Assembly (NCBI RefSeq): GCF_026571515.1
Contig: NW_026852851.1
Location: forward strand, 62,001-126,000
From: Ruditapes philippinarum
Taxonomy: Eukaryota
Length of the DNA: 64,000 nucleotides
Direction of reading: 5' to 3'
Shown here: positions 1-12,600 of the stretch, one piece after another
Layout: each line of letters opens with the position of its first letter
Numbering within the stretch: position 1 is the stretch's first letter
Position numbers and translations under genes: made by a program
The notes under the pieces: generated by a model
What the model was told of the DNA's origin: nothing
Databases searched by the model: none
What the model saw: the letters and a program-made list of their open reading frames with translations, nothing else

Positions 1-2419
1 GAAAAATCTGCCATTTTATTATTTTTAATGACACTATATATTCATATTGTGACTACCTATAGTGTGTAGAGTTTAAAAAATAACATATCAACTTTGTGTG
101 AAATCAAATCATGTTTATTTTATATTTCCAAAGAGAATGTGCAGCAGTTATCAATATTTTCTAAAATCAAATTTGAGTTTAGTATATTCTTCAAACTGAT
201 TCTAAAGATATATCGTTCCCTAACGTATCCTAGATCTTGGACAACTGATTCTTTATTTACATTTTCGAGAGTTCTGTACGTTCAGCATCACATTCGTCTT
301 TAAATATAATTATCTGGCTATATTCATATTCTGTTAATAGTATGTTCTATCAAATAAAATTATAATATGCGTTAATTTAGCAATAACATAAACTCTATGT
401 GAAATAAGATAATTTTCAATCATTTAACAAATAACAAAATTATGACTGACAATTAATGTATGATATATATTTCACCTGGGATTGCATGCTTAAAGTGGTT
501 TTTTTTTTAAATAAATTTATGGCAGATTGAGAATAACTTAATTAATTGAAAAAGAATGTAAATCCCATTTGGATATAGCTTTTTTTATGAGAGTTTTGTA
601 ACGGATAATTTCACCTTTGCTGACTTTTAATTAAGATAACATAAGAATATTTTATTTCAGTCTCTTTCACATTACACATGTATGTGCCAATACATAAGAC
701 ATCTCTAGTCAACAATTTATACGCCAGTGACCAATCAATTTATGATTTGTAAGAGACTATATATAGATATTGATATAATGTATATTTCTCAATTTTAATA
801 TACACATTCAACATCTATCATTAACACATATCTTTTGACGCACCATTAATGAATTAACCTCATCCTCGATGTTTCTTACAAGCTCGGCTAATTTGCTCTA
901 GACAAAATTTTATTCCTTCTGTCTGGTGAACCACTTTCATCTACACATATATTCATGGCCATTTATATGACTGTTTTATATTTTTACTTATATTTAACCA
1001 ATGTCTGTCTTGTTTGCTTGATCTATAATTAGTACTTATCTGTCAAGCTATACTGTTTGTTAGACTCTCACGTATAAATGTAAAAAGAAAGAACAACAAT
1101 TTGTAATACCAATTATTTTGCTGTTGTCTGAATAAGATTTTAGTAAACGTTGTCCAATAAATGCTGAATTTTGCAACAATCTGTCTGTCGATTTCCAACT
1201 ATTAGAAATACTGTGCTTTTCATATAGTACTTTCTTGTAAATTTCTGACAGAAATCCAGTCTCTTGACTTTTATTCAAATTTTTTAATAACTTATGAAAT
1301 ATATGAAACATTTAAGCTTGTAATCCCGAGTGAAGTTTATTTCATATTATACACTTAAACTAATCTTCTTTTATACAGATGTACTTTCTTTTTAAAAATT
1401 GTGGTATGATGAAAATGATTTATTTAGAGCAGTATACATTTTAATCCTTTAATTGTAATTAACAATTTACTTCTTTTCATAGTATACGATGTATGAATAT
1501 CACGAAGCTTTTATATAGACAAAATATGGTGCCAAAGTACTAAAAATCAACCTTCTTTCCAATTCAAGAAACAAATGACTTATAACTTGAAACGTAATGG
1601 ATAGATTAGCCGTTCTAATTATTTAAAACATAGGAGAAAAATACTTAGTAGTAGGGTAGTTTGTCACAAAATATCAATTATTCTGTTGATTTAGAAGATG
1701 TTGTGAACTTCATTTAGGAAAACAATGATTGACTTTTTACTCACTTTTACTTAATCTAATAAGTCAGCGAGTGCTTTTACCAAGAATTTGTGTTGGCAAA
1801 ATATTTTACAACGTTCATCGCCATGTTCTGCAGTCCAATAAACAAATAGTATGTTGTTACTGGTTAAACGGCTCGTTTAGATTTAAATGCAAATAAAAAG
1901 CAATTAAATTTACAAAAATATGTAGGTAGAAGAAAATTGTCTAATTGTTCAACATAAATCCTCCTAAATCCTATCTAAAAGGCAGAATGGCTAGAAAAAT
2001 TGCCGCGAATCAAATGTTTAAAATAATACGATAAGAAATGTGGTCTTATTGATTTATGTGCCCGAAACAAGAAATAGAAAATGCTACAAATTAATTTCTA
2101 TTTGTATGATGAATAGTAGTAATTTGTTAAATGCTCTTCCCCACTGAAGTTAAGCAAAGTACCAGTATTTGCCAAAAAGAAGACAGATATTGCTTTTCGC
2201 TACAGATGTTATTAAAAGGAGAATGAGCATATATTTCTATTATTCTTGTTTCGCAGTTTTGGAGTAAGCGATTACTTTTATGATATTGCTGTTCATTGTC
2301 GTTTGTAGACAGAAATGTTTATAATACTTCTGTGATTTTTGTAGGTTGAACAATATAAACTATAAACAGTAAACATGCAAAGTATTTATGAAGATATGTC
2401 GGACATTGTAATTTATTAC

Positions 2420-2697
2420 ATGCTTTTCGATGGTTTATAGAAATATATCAGTGATATAAAACTGGTAATTTCACTGTTTGAAACAGTGAAATTACCTCTT
2501 TGATAATTTCACTGTTTTAAATTTAAGCCCCTTACATTGTTTCAGTGAAATACCAGCGTGCACAGTACTGGGTACCAACTTAATGACGTGACGTCGTAAA
2601 TGACGTCACGTTGTATTATTTTTTTGCGCGCTTTTCATTCAGTATTAGGTTTAATGTCTTTTTAAAACGTTTGTTTGCATGAAATAAAAAGAAAATT
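2420..2697. repeat. Interspersed repeat fragment with a perfect palindrome, specific to copy 1
   Basis: ggtaatttcactgttt-g-aaacagtgaaattacc (2464-2496, 16-bp arms). The segment is absent from the equivalent site in copy 2. Confidence 0.6.
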
Positions 2698-4865
2698 TGT
2701 TACCATAACGTCACGACATAGACTAGACTACTATTATGTTTTGGCATTTATTATATAATTTGACCCCCTTATGCACCGACCACTGTGCGTTTCCCCACAC
2801 CTTTTCCCCCGGTTCTATTCAGTGCCCTGCTAAGCGTCATTTTCATGGATTATTATATGATTGCCATATCCCTTTTCTCGTGTTCTTTAAGCTCTTTTGT
2901 CTTGTTAATCTTAGAACATATATTTTTATTTCGTGTACTGCGAGCATGTCCAATAACATAATTATGTGAAAATAACGCAAGAATAGTGCAAAATGAAGCA
3001 GAATGTGTGGGAAACTATTTCCGAAACAATCACTTAATTAGGTAAATATACCAATAGAATTGCACAATCTGCGTTACTTTGGCACAACTCCTGTGTTATT
3101 TTCATATTCTTGCGATACTGGATATATATATTAATGTAAAAAAAATATGATTATGAAGACCTACAGAATATTTATCTAATCTTAACACTAACAGACATCT
3201 AATATATCGGCTTTTAGCTGTATTTATCGCTTTATCTTATAACATCTGGTCCATAGAGGGTAATAGTAAATGACCGTTACAACCAATGTCAAACCGTTTA
3301 ATATTCCAAGTAAATACATTACGAATACATCAGGAGACGATGGTTGTTGGGAAAACTGTATCTCCAATACGCTAATTACCTCGTTATTCTAATTGTATGA
3401 AGGGTCAACACGAGTTCTATTCTGGCTTTACATGTCTAATAAGCAAAATGATTAAATAAACTTTTAAACGAGCTCTGGAATAAGAATTTACAGCCAATCA
3501 GAAATAAAAAGGAAGAACGCTCGTATCGGAGGCTACGTTCCGTGGTCGACTTTATATTCATTTTCATGATTTAGTGGAATCATTCTATGTCATGAATGAA
3601 TAATTTCTAACTCGGTAATTGGTATGATTTCTAATAAACAGAGCAAATGTCAATTATATTTGAAACATTCATGTAGTACAGTCATGTTTATCTTTCTGAA
3701 ATAGCGAAATATCCATTTTATATATTTATCAAATAAATCAAACAAAAACCTTACGGAACACATGTCACGAAGAATTGAAAATTTGATACAGTCTGTTCAA
3801 TGACAGCAGTGTTAAATACCGGTACAAAGAACGGAGAAGTCCTCTCTAGCACCGACTACAATTGAGACTAACCAAACACCCTATGCACGCCTTAAACGAC
3901 TAAATTGAGAATGTTGTTGGTCCGGTTTTATTGAATCTGTCCGTGTGCGAAAGCTGTTAATTCCACGTCCACTAGCACCGTGTAAAAGGTCTCCTTGAAT
4001 ATTATTTTTATGTTATGACTATAGCAAAATATTAGGACACTACATCGAATACGCTTGTTATTGGCGGAAAATACAAAATGGTGAAATATTGAACTTAGAA
4101 ACGTGTACAAATGTATTCAGACTAAAGAAAACTAACAACAAATTACAATATAAGATTAAGTACAATTTAGATAGTCACATACGCTTTTCGAAAATAAATA
4201 AAGATCGTCGTTATATTTATTGCCAACTGAAGTTATTCGCAAAACGTACTTTTAATTTACCCTTCTATAAATAAACTGTTCTCGTTAGCTTTGGTCGTTT
4301 TGTTTAAGATGTGTTATATTTGACGCCCAAAAGGGCATGATTTACAGTCATACTAATAAAATGGCGACTGAACAAAAATGATAATAAAAAAAATGATTAT
4401 TAAACATAACATACAGAAAAACGGAATCCCTAAAGAACGCTCAAAACGATAAAATTGAAAGTGTTGAAGGCTAGGTTTGATTGAAACTGTTCATAGACGG
4501 TACTGGAAAGAACAAGTTAAAGTCCCCGCCCTCTAGCACCGGCTTAAGCAGAATTAATAAATACTGCGTAAGATATAAAAAGGATGCTTGACTCTTATTG
4601 CCGAAGTTTATTTATAAACATTTATTTGGGTCACAATATTGACTATTCGGCAAAATGCTAAATAGAGAAAATAAGAATCCTTTTAGAGCAGAATAGAACA
4701 TCTCTGATTGAATGTACAGTTATTTTGCACTATACCATTGACACTTAGACGGGCATAATGTCACTTTAAGTCAGTTAGTTTAAGCTGCCTTATTTGTTTA
4801 AGCTGGATCATTATAGGTTGCTCACAATGCCACGTTCTGGTTCTAACAATTACTAGTAAGAAAAA

Positions 4866-4943
4866 CATGGTCGAAGTCCCAGTAGGTGGCGAGCCAACCA
4901 TCCTCGAGTTGACAGACAGACTCATTTAAACAATTGGCCATAC
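4866..4943 (-). mobile_element. Degenerate tRNA-derived SINE head (also at 16316-16389 and 26666-26755)
   Basis: The minus strand shows A-box-like tggccaattg/tgtccaatgg, an anticodon-arm-like gcctgtcaac, B-box-like ggttcgcc/ggctcgac, then cgaccatg. There is no intact cloverleaf. Confidence 0.5.
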
Positions 4944-6658
4944 TCTAAATCACTTCGCAGCATGTTTGCTAGGCTAGTCTGTAATTCATAACATCTCTTT
5001 CAAACTGCGTTCCTCGGTTTTCAGTGTGACATCATCCACATTCACGTGCAGTTAAAAACTAACAAATAATGCCAATAACCTCTTATTGTTCTGAACAATA
5101 TTTTTTATAGAGATTCTCCCTCGTTAATACCGTCTGATTGCTCTCTTGAATATTCCTATATTACAATAAATCTCGGATTTCTCAGCGGGATCACGAACGT
5201 TTTTCTCTTGTGTCAATAAATTATCTAGGGACTTGTTAATAATGACATGCGTAATTTCAGCAATTACACTTAATATCCTATCTTAAATCATGCTTTTATC
5301 GTATTTCAAACGAAAGAAATAAGAGCGTTTCTGCAGTTTTCGGAAGTTTTCGTTTGTTTCCATGCGTTTTAGAAATTGCAATACCGCCACTTGTTTCCGT
5401 ACATATAGGATTTTTATTAAAGTATTATAAACGTGAAACAAGACGTTTCTAGAGATGACTTCTACAGTATACTTTCATTATTTGAAAAGAAGAAGAAAAA
5501 TATTTAAAAAATCCAATCATGTTATCTATTGCTCAAGTTTTCTAAATTCAGACACATTTTGACAGCTTTTAAATCACTCAATTGATTTTACTTCAGTACA
5601 ACAATTTAAGATGGGGTTTACGTTTGTAATGAAAAACAAAAGTGTAACGTACGGATACGTCGGGGTTTTTATGTAGAACAGATGACTTGCCTTTTTTTCA
5701 TAAATAACTTAGATGTGCACATGCATTTTTTTCTATATTTAAAACGATAAAATTGTGTTAGTTCCATAATCTTATCCGATTCTCGGGAAAATTATACGTC
5801 CCCAAGGCCCCACCCCCACCTAGTACCTGCTGTAGCAGAATTCAACAATTAAACACGGAAATGGTGACATTGTTAATTAAGAAATATCAGCAAATGTTTT
5901 CATACGTCGGTTACCTAAAACTATGAGTGGAAAATACTGATTAAAAAAACTTGTAAAGCAACCTTGGAAAAATATGTTCAATTTCCAATTTACTTTTTAT
6001 TTAGGAAGAAATCTACAACTTATAATATTGTATAAATTTACTCTGAGGGATGATTTCCTCGTTATTGCTTTGCATTTAAAGTAAATACATGTACCTGCTT
6101 ATTTCATTTATTTCCAAGTAAGGTTTTTAAAGTGTTAATTTAGAGAACAATTTAAATGGAAAAAAATCTGGAAATGAAACGAAAATGATTTACATCATAA
6201 TAGTATTTAAAAGAAATGCAGAAGATACTTTAATTCAAATTAGCTTTCAAATTAAAGGAACATGCTTAACTTAAATTACCAAAAATAGGTAAGAATAGGA
6301 AAAAATGGTAGCTCCTGCGTTAGTCACGCAGAAGATATATAGTATAGTAAAGTCAGACATTGCATGTAAATAAATAATAGCATTGTGAATATTTTTACTT
6401 TTCTTCAAACCTTAGTACAATGTTCGCAAGTTTGGTTATCTTGAAATAATTTGGTCCATGTGAAGGCATGCAGCTTAAAATAAATTATGAATCACAGACG
6501 TGGCTGAGTACGTTTTATTTGGTATTTCCTCTTTTATTAGAATGACATGCTATTCTATTTTAATAGGAACCTATATTGGTGTCTTTACGGAACAAATAAT
6601 TGCTTTCGAAATATCTTGTTTATTGAAAATGGAGAAGGTTAAATTGAAGTAAACATAT

Positions 6659-9615
6659 TGTTATAATCTAAATTTATCTTGTATTTTTTTGTCTGTTTTG
6701 CAAGTCTTAAACAGTTAATGCACATATACTTTAATGTATAATTTATCTATAAATATTAACCTCTCTTTCTTACTGAAGTTTTATTCTTATTCATTTAATT
6801 GTGTACTTGATTATTTTTATTTCAACTATTGTCACATTTCATATTAAATGTGTCAAACTTAAATTATAACTAAGATTAAATCTACAGATTAAAATGCAAA
6901 ATTAATATATCCTGCTTAAAGGTAAATATGAAGGGATGTTAATGGCTCTAGGTGACAATACTTTTTATATGATCAAGGATTTTATGCCCTTAGGTAATAA
7001 TTATGAGATCTGCCATCACATATCTTTTGAATATGTGATTGTTTTATTTCCTTTCCCTTTTTAAATGTGTCAATATCTTCCTTTATGATTAAATCTGCTT
7101 CACTTTCTTGTTTGTATATATACTGGTCAGAAATTCTGTGAAGTCATATTCCATCTTGACTGTCACAGAATAAAGAATTAATGTTTTTCAAAATTTAAAT
7201 CTTGGATTTTTATTTATCAGGTATGTTGAGTTATTTATTTTTCTATATATCTGCTATTCTTCATTCAATGTTTCACTGTAAGAAATATGTTTTATTTTAT
7301 CTTAAGCTGTTTCTCTCAAATATGTTTTAATATATATATTTTGTAGATTTTTCAATACTTTGCATATTAAATAATCATTGTATTTTATAACCTAAATAAC
7401 TGAGATCTTGGAATATTTCTTATTGTAGAAGTAAAGTAAAATGTCATAAGATAATGTATAAAGTTTAGTTTTGCTTTATAAGAAATGTTAAATCTAAGTT
7501 CTTTACTTAATATAAAGTAATTTGTAAATAAAATACTATTATTTTAGTTATTAATAAATTGTTCCATAAGTAATATTTTTCATATAATTTATATTGATAT
7601 AGTTGATTTTATTCAATCATCAGTTTCATTTCAAAGCTATTTAAAAGTTCATTTTTATAAGTATCGGTTGATTAAGGATTTTTGTCATCGACCAAGATCT
7701 CGGTATCTTCTCACATGCAAAGCGAGTTATTGTTAAATTCCCCATATCATGTATTTGTTAATTTAAATATTACAATTACTGAATAATTATTATAATTATT
7801 TATTATGTATTGTAATATATGATATATTCCATCTTGACTGTCACAGAATAAAGAATTAATGTTTTTCAAAATTTAAATCTTGGATTTTTATTTATCAGTC
7901 CTCTAGCATATCTCCAAAGCGGGGCGTGCATCAAACCGGTATAACAAGTGGTGGAGAATCCGGGTAACAGTGGTGGTCGATGTCAGATCCAGTCAACCGA
8001 TACTACGTTCGAAGTGGAGAATCATCTTCATCTCCAGTTACTCCAACCAAACTTCTAATGCGTAACCAATAAAAGATTTCCCTGTCAGCAGTCACAGGTC
8101 GACCGGTAGCCACTACTTCATTAATTGCAAGATTCAAGACAAGGGTCAAGTGATCTCATAAACTTTCACCTTAAAGTATTTAAAAGCATTGAAGGCATAA
8201 ATTCTTAGCTTAAAAAGTTCAAGCTGTTTCCTCTGTTTAAAACATTGACACTGTAAAAATGTATGAACAACTGCGCCTAGTCGATGGAGCCGGACTCTGG
8301 TATAGTACCGTGTCTAAGAAAATGCAAACAATTAAAGACTATGTCGCCTTCAAAGCGGCATACGATGACAACTCTAAATGGAGCGCTTAATTAATAAAGA
8401 TGCAGAACATAGCGAGTAAATGATATTCATACAAAAAGAAAAAAAATATAGGAAAAGATAAAAAAAAAAAATAATACAAAAACAAACAAACAAAAACTGC
8501 AAGTAATAATGTACATAAATAGTATTCAATATATTTTTAATTCTCTTATTCAGTCTTGGTAACGTACCACAGTACATGTTCCGGATTTCTTTTAACATTG
8601 TCATGTAAACAGTGTCGTTTCATGTAGCAAAGCCAAACCTTACAAACTAAATTTGTTGTCTCATAGTGCTATAAGATGGTTGGCCACCATCTAAACCGGC
8701 TGAGCTACATCTATATTGTTTGTATCTGTCTGTGTCTGTGTATTTGTTTTTCTTATATATATTAGATCACAATTTCATTTTTATAAAGATATTGATCCCT
8801 CTTATTTTGTGTCACATGAATCATGTTGAATGAGTCAATCTCTTAATGAAGGTTTCTACTGCCATGACATAAGAATATGCGACAAAGTCTGGAAATTAGA
8901 AAAAAACATTGTTTTGTTTTGCTTTGTTTGTTCACAGAACAAACAAAAACAAGTCCTCTCTTTACTTAGGCAAGTGGACCCTTCTGCCCAGACTATGCAT
9001 TGCATCAATTTAGAACTACAATATCTAGTTCTTACTCTTGCAATAGGACGACAAATGAGTTATCTCTGTACTAGTTGATAGTTCATTGTTATAATGTAAA
9101 TTTGTCTTGTATATATTCATGTATATTACTGTATAATTTTAAATGCTTACAGCTCTGTATATATTTCTTTTCCAGTTTCTTTAATTCATTTAATTGTACA
9201 GGTATTTCTATTTCAACTTTGGGGACCAAAGTTAAGGGGGACTGGGCAATTGTTATAATCTAAATTTATCTTGTATTTTTTTTGTCTGTTTTGTAAGTCT
9301 TAAACAGTTAATGCACATATACTTTAATGTATAATTTATCTATAAATATTAACCTCTCTTTCTTACTGAAGTTTTATTCTTATTCATTTAATTGTGTACT
9401 TGATTATTTTTATTTCAACTATTGTCACATTTCATATTAAATGTGTCAAACTTAAATTATAACTAAGATTAAATCTACAGATTAAAATGCAAAATTAATA
9501 TATCCTGCTTAAAGGTAAATATGAAGGGATGTTAATGGCTTGGATCTTGGATTTTTATTTATCAGTCCTCTAGCATATCTCCAAAGCGGGGCGTGCATCC
9601 CAAACCGGTATAACA
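6659..9615 (+). mobile_element. Non-autonomous, internally deleted LTR retrotransposon (Gypsy-like)
   Basis: TGTTATA...TATAACA termini; ATAT TSD (6655-6658, 9616-9619) with an empty site in copy 2; 5' LTR 6659-7946; 3' LTR 9251-9615; PBS 7949-7966; purine-rich tract ~9228-9250; gag-like relic LRLVDGAGLWYSTV..DYVAFKAAY at ~8270-8370; no pol. Confidence 0.9.
7949..7966 (+). promoter_or_regulatory. Primer-binding site, probably tRNA-Ala
   Basis: TGGTGGAGAATCCGGGTA, 2 nt after the LTR. Its reverse complement TACCCGGATTCTCCACCA matches a tRNA 3' end of the Ala type (..CTCCA-CCA). Confidence 0.75.
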
Positions 9616-12600
9616 ATATCAAGTTTTAATTGGTTTGTATATTTTACATTAGTAATACTTGTAATATGATCTTAGATTTCTAAGAAAACTACGTTCATCA
9701 ATTACAATGGAGTAAGAAGTTGGATCAATGACAAAGTAAAACGATATATAAATGCATTCTTCATTAAAGATTACGAACTATTTAATCGGTAAATTTCATT
9801 TCATTTCATTTCATCCAATGCCGCTCTCTGCCTTCCCTCGACAATTCTGTAATACTATTTTTAAGTACACATACGTCATGTGAGAGGGTGTATTTCCGCT
9901 TTGACGTCACTAATTGAAAAGGAAAAGATATTGTTTGAGTGAGTAATGTTTTTACTTTACATCGTTAGCTTTATATGGATTTGCATACACTATCTCATGT
10001 TAATATCCCCCTACCTTAATTACAAAAGCAAAAATATATGCAAATTTTCTTACAAATTCCTGAATAACATATTTCCATAAAAATATCCCATCTTAATCAC
10101 ATCTGCTTGCACTTATCAACATTTTTATTTGGCATTAAAGCTCAGGTTTTCTTTGGGATAATATTTCATAAGATCATCCAGAGACTTGAAAATCATGACA
10201 TTGTTAATTCCAGCAATTAAGGGTAATTCCTGACGAAGTGTCAAGTTACCATCTCAATTATTAATGATTTCGTTTTCATTTTTTCTGTTCAACATTCTGT
10301 CAAATGTTGTACCCTTTATATCTTTCTTTATATCGGTATGATTGTTATATTAAAAATTATAATTAATTATCTGTGTGTGCGTTCTTGCGTTTGTGTGTGT
10401 TTGTGGAGGGGTGTATACTTTCAATCTTAGAGAACCGATTGGGTTTTTATACTCTCCGTAATACATTGGTTTATCACATGCTCGAGCCGCTTTTGCAACA
10501 TTGCATGGTCATGCATATATTTTAACGTAATGTCACTTGCGTCAAACAAACATTGGGTTAAGATGCGCTAAATGTTTGCGTTACACTATAGGCGCGTCAA
10601 TGAAAGAAATGTTACATTTTTCACTTTTAACAGTCTTTATTTTGGGTTGTGATGAATAGAACATTATAATCGTGTAGGTTCATTGCTGAATTTAATGAAC
10701 TCGCTGAGTTAAATGATATTATGCTCGCCAGATATACACTTGCGACCAGTGAAGCAGACGATGAGCAGCCCTTATATCCCTGTCGTCTGATCATCGTCTG
10801 CTCTGTCTGTTCGCTCTTCAGTCAGTACTTATTAGGAAACTTTAGTTTAAAATAACAAATGATAAATGGTTATTGACTTGGTGCCGTAAGTTGGTGGTAT
10901 CATCACATTACTGCAATGTCTTCCTCTTCTCCCAATTAAAGCTTTATATGTCCAATCTTTGAGGATTGCCCTATTGTCTTATTGTGGTACAATTAACCAG
11001 CATCGTAAACCGTTTCTGTAATTTTGAAAATTCCTATAATCATCTTATAAACACGATTTGAAAATGTTGCGCAGGATCGGTTGGATTGAAACTGTTCCGG
11101 TTTATATGTTTTCATTGAATAATTATATAAGTGAACAACAGACTTCTTAAAAGAATAAAGATGCTCTTACGTTGTATTTACTTGCAATTTTAAATTTACA
11201 TTATTTGATGTAAATGGCCCATCAAATATCTCCAAATTTATATCATTCCTGAGAGCCATTTTATCACTTAATATTTCCTGTAGGAGACAGTTGTGGAGTA
11301 ATCTGTAGTTTTTTTATATTGATTTTCATCATTGGAGACAAGATTATCGCTACAAGATCAAATTACATGTCCACATTAAAACATATTAATAATTCTTGTT
11401 AACAAAAACCAAGCTCAGAATTAGTGTTAAACCTCTTGTAGAAATGAGTTTTATAAAAACATTGTGACCTTTTCAATAATTAACTTCGTTTTTGTTCTAC
11501 TCCTTTGTCAGTGTGAAGGGAACAGTGACTGTTTGTTGTTATTATTGTTTATTTCTGGTAATCCGTTTTAGGTGCACAGATAGAATGAATGGTTGTTTTG
11601 CTGTTTTTTTGTTTAAACAAAGATTGGATACTGTTTCTATTTGTTTGGGTTTTTTTTGTTGATTTTATTTATTTTTTTATCTATTTTATGTTTTTTTATT
11701 TATTTATTTATTTATTTTATGTCTCAAATCATGACTGCCTGATGAAGTGGATATTAATATATTAGTTAGAATTAATATTAATTAGCTAATTAAGACAAGC
11801 TGCTTTTATGCATTTTTCTCTAGACGGGCGCACGCTCTCCTTGTTGTACATTCAATGCTAAAACAGATATCTATACACAGGAAAATATAAATGAATTGAA
11901 AAAAAGAAATGAAATATTAAAGAAATGTTGGAACCTTCTTTGTTTCTTTTTTAAAAGAAACATTGTATACTATGCTCAAATTTCTAATTTGGAAATATTT
12001 ATAATTGCTATAAATATAAAATAAACATGTTTTGAATTCCCTCAAAGTACATGTAGATATGATGTGTTTAAAATTCTACACAATATAGGTGGTTACAATA
12101 TGAATATATAGTGTAATAAAAAAACTAGAAAGACCTTCTTGATGAATGCATTTTTCAGTTGTATAATATGGTATTTTAGTTTGTTGTTTATTTTCTGTAG
12201 AAAGAACATGTTTTTATAAAATGCATTCTTAAAGGTCACATTATGCCTAAGAAACGATTTTTTATATATTATTTAGAAGAAACAAATATGAAATTGACAA
12301 TGTTTAAATAAGGGTTTTAGATCATGTAAGATGTTTGATATCTGAAAAAGTAGCGCTAAATGTAACATAATTTGTGATATAAGTAGTAAAATGTAAAAAC
12401 ATAAAGTTCCAAGAAAATGCTGTGTTTATACATTTTTTGATAAAGAAAATCGAAACATCGATAAAGAGCTGCAAATAAGAAAAAATGTTTCAGGTTCGGT
12501 TCGATTGAGGCCTGTGCATGCGGTATTGTTTAATGCGATCTACCGTCAACGTAGCACCGGGAAAGCCGTCCGGTTAGCTCGTTAGGTTGAACGTTGGTCT

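Noticed and set aside
4866-4943. Functional tRNA gene
   Set aside because: No intact acceptor or T stems in any of the three copies; treated as a SINE relic.
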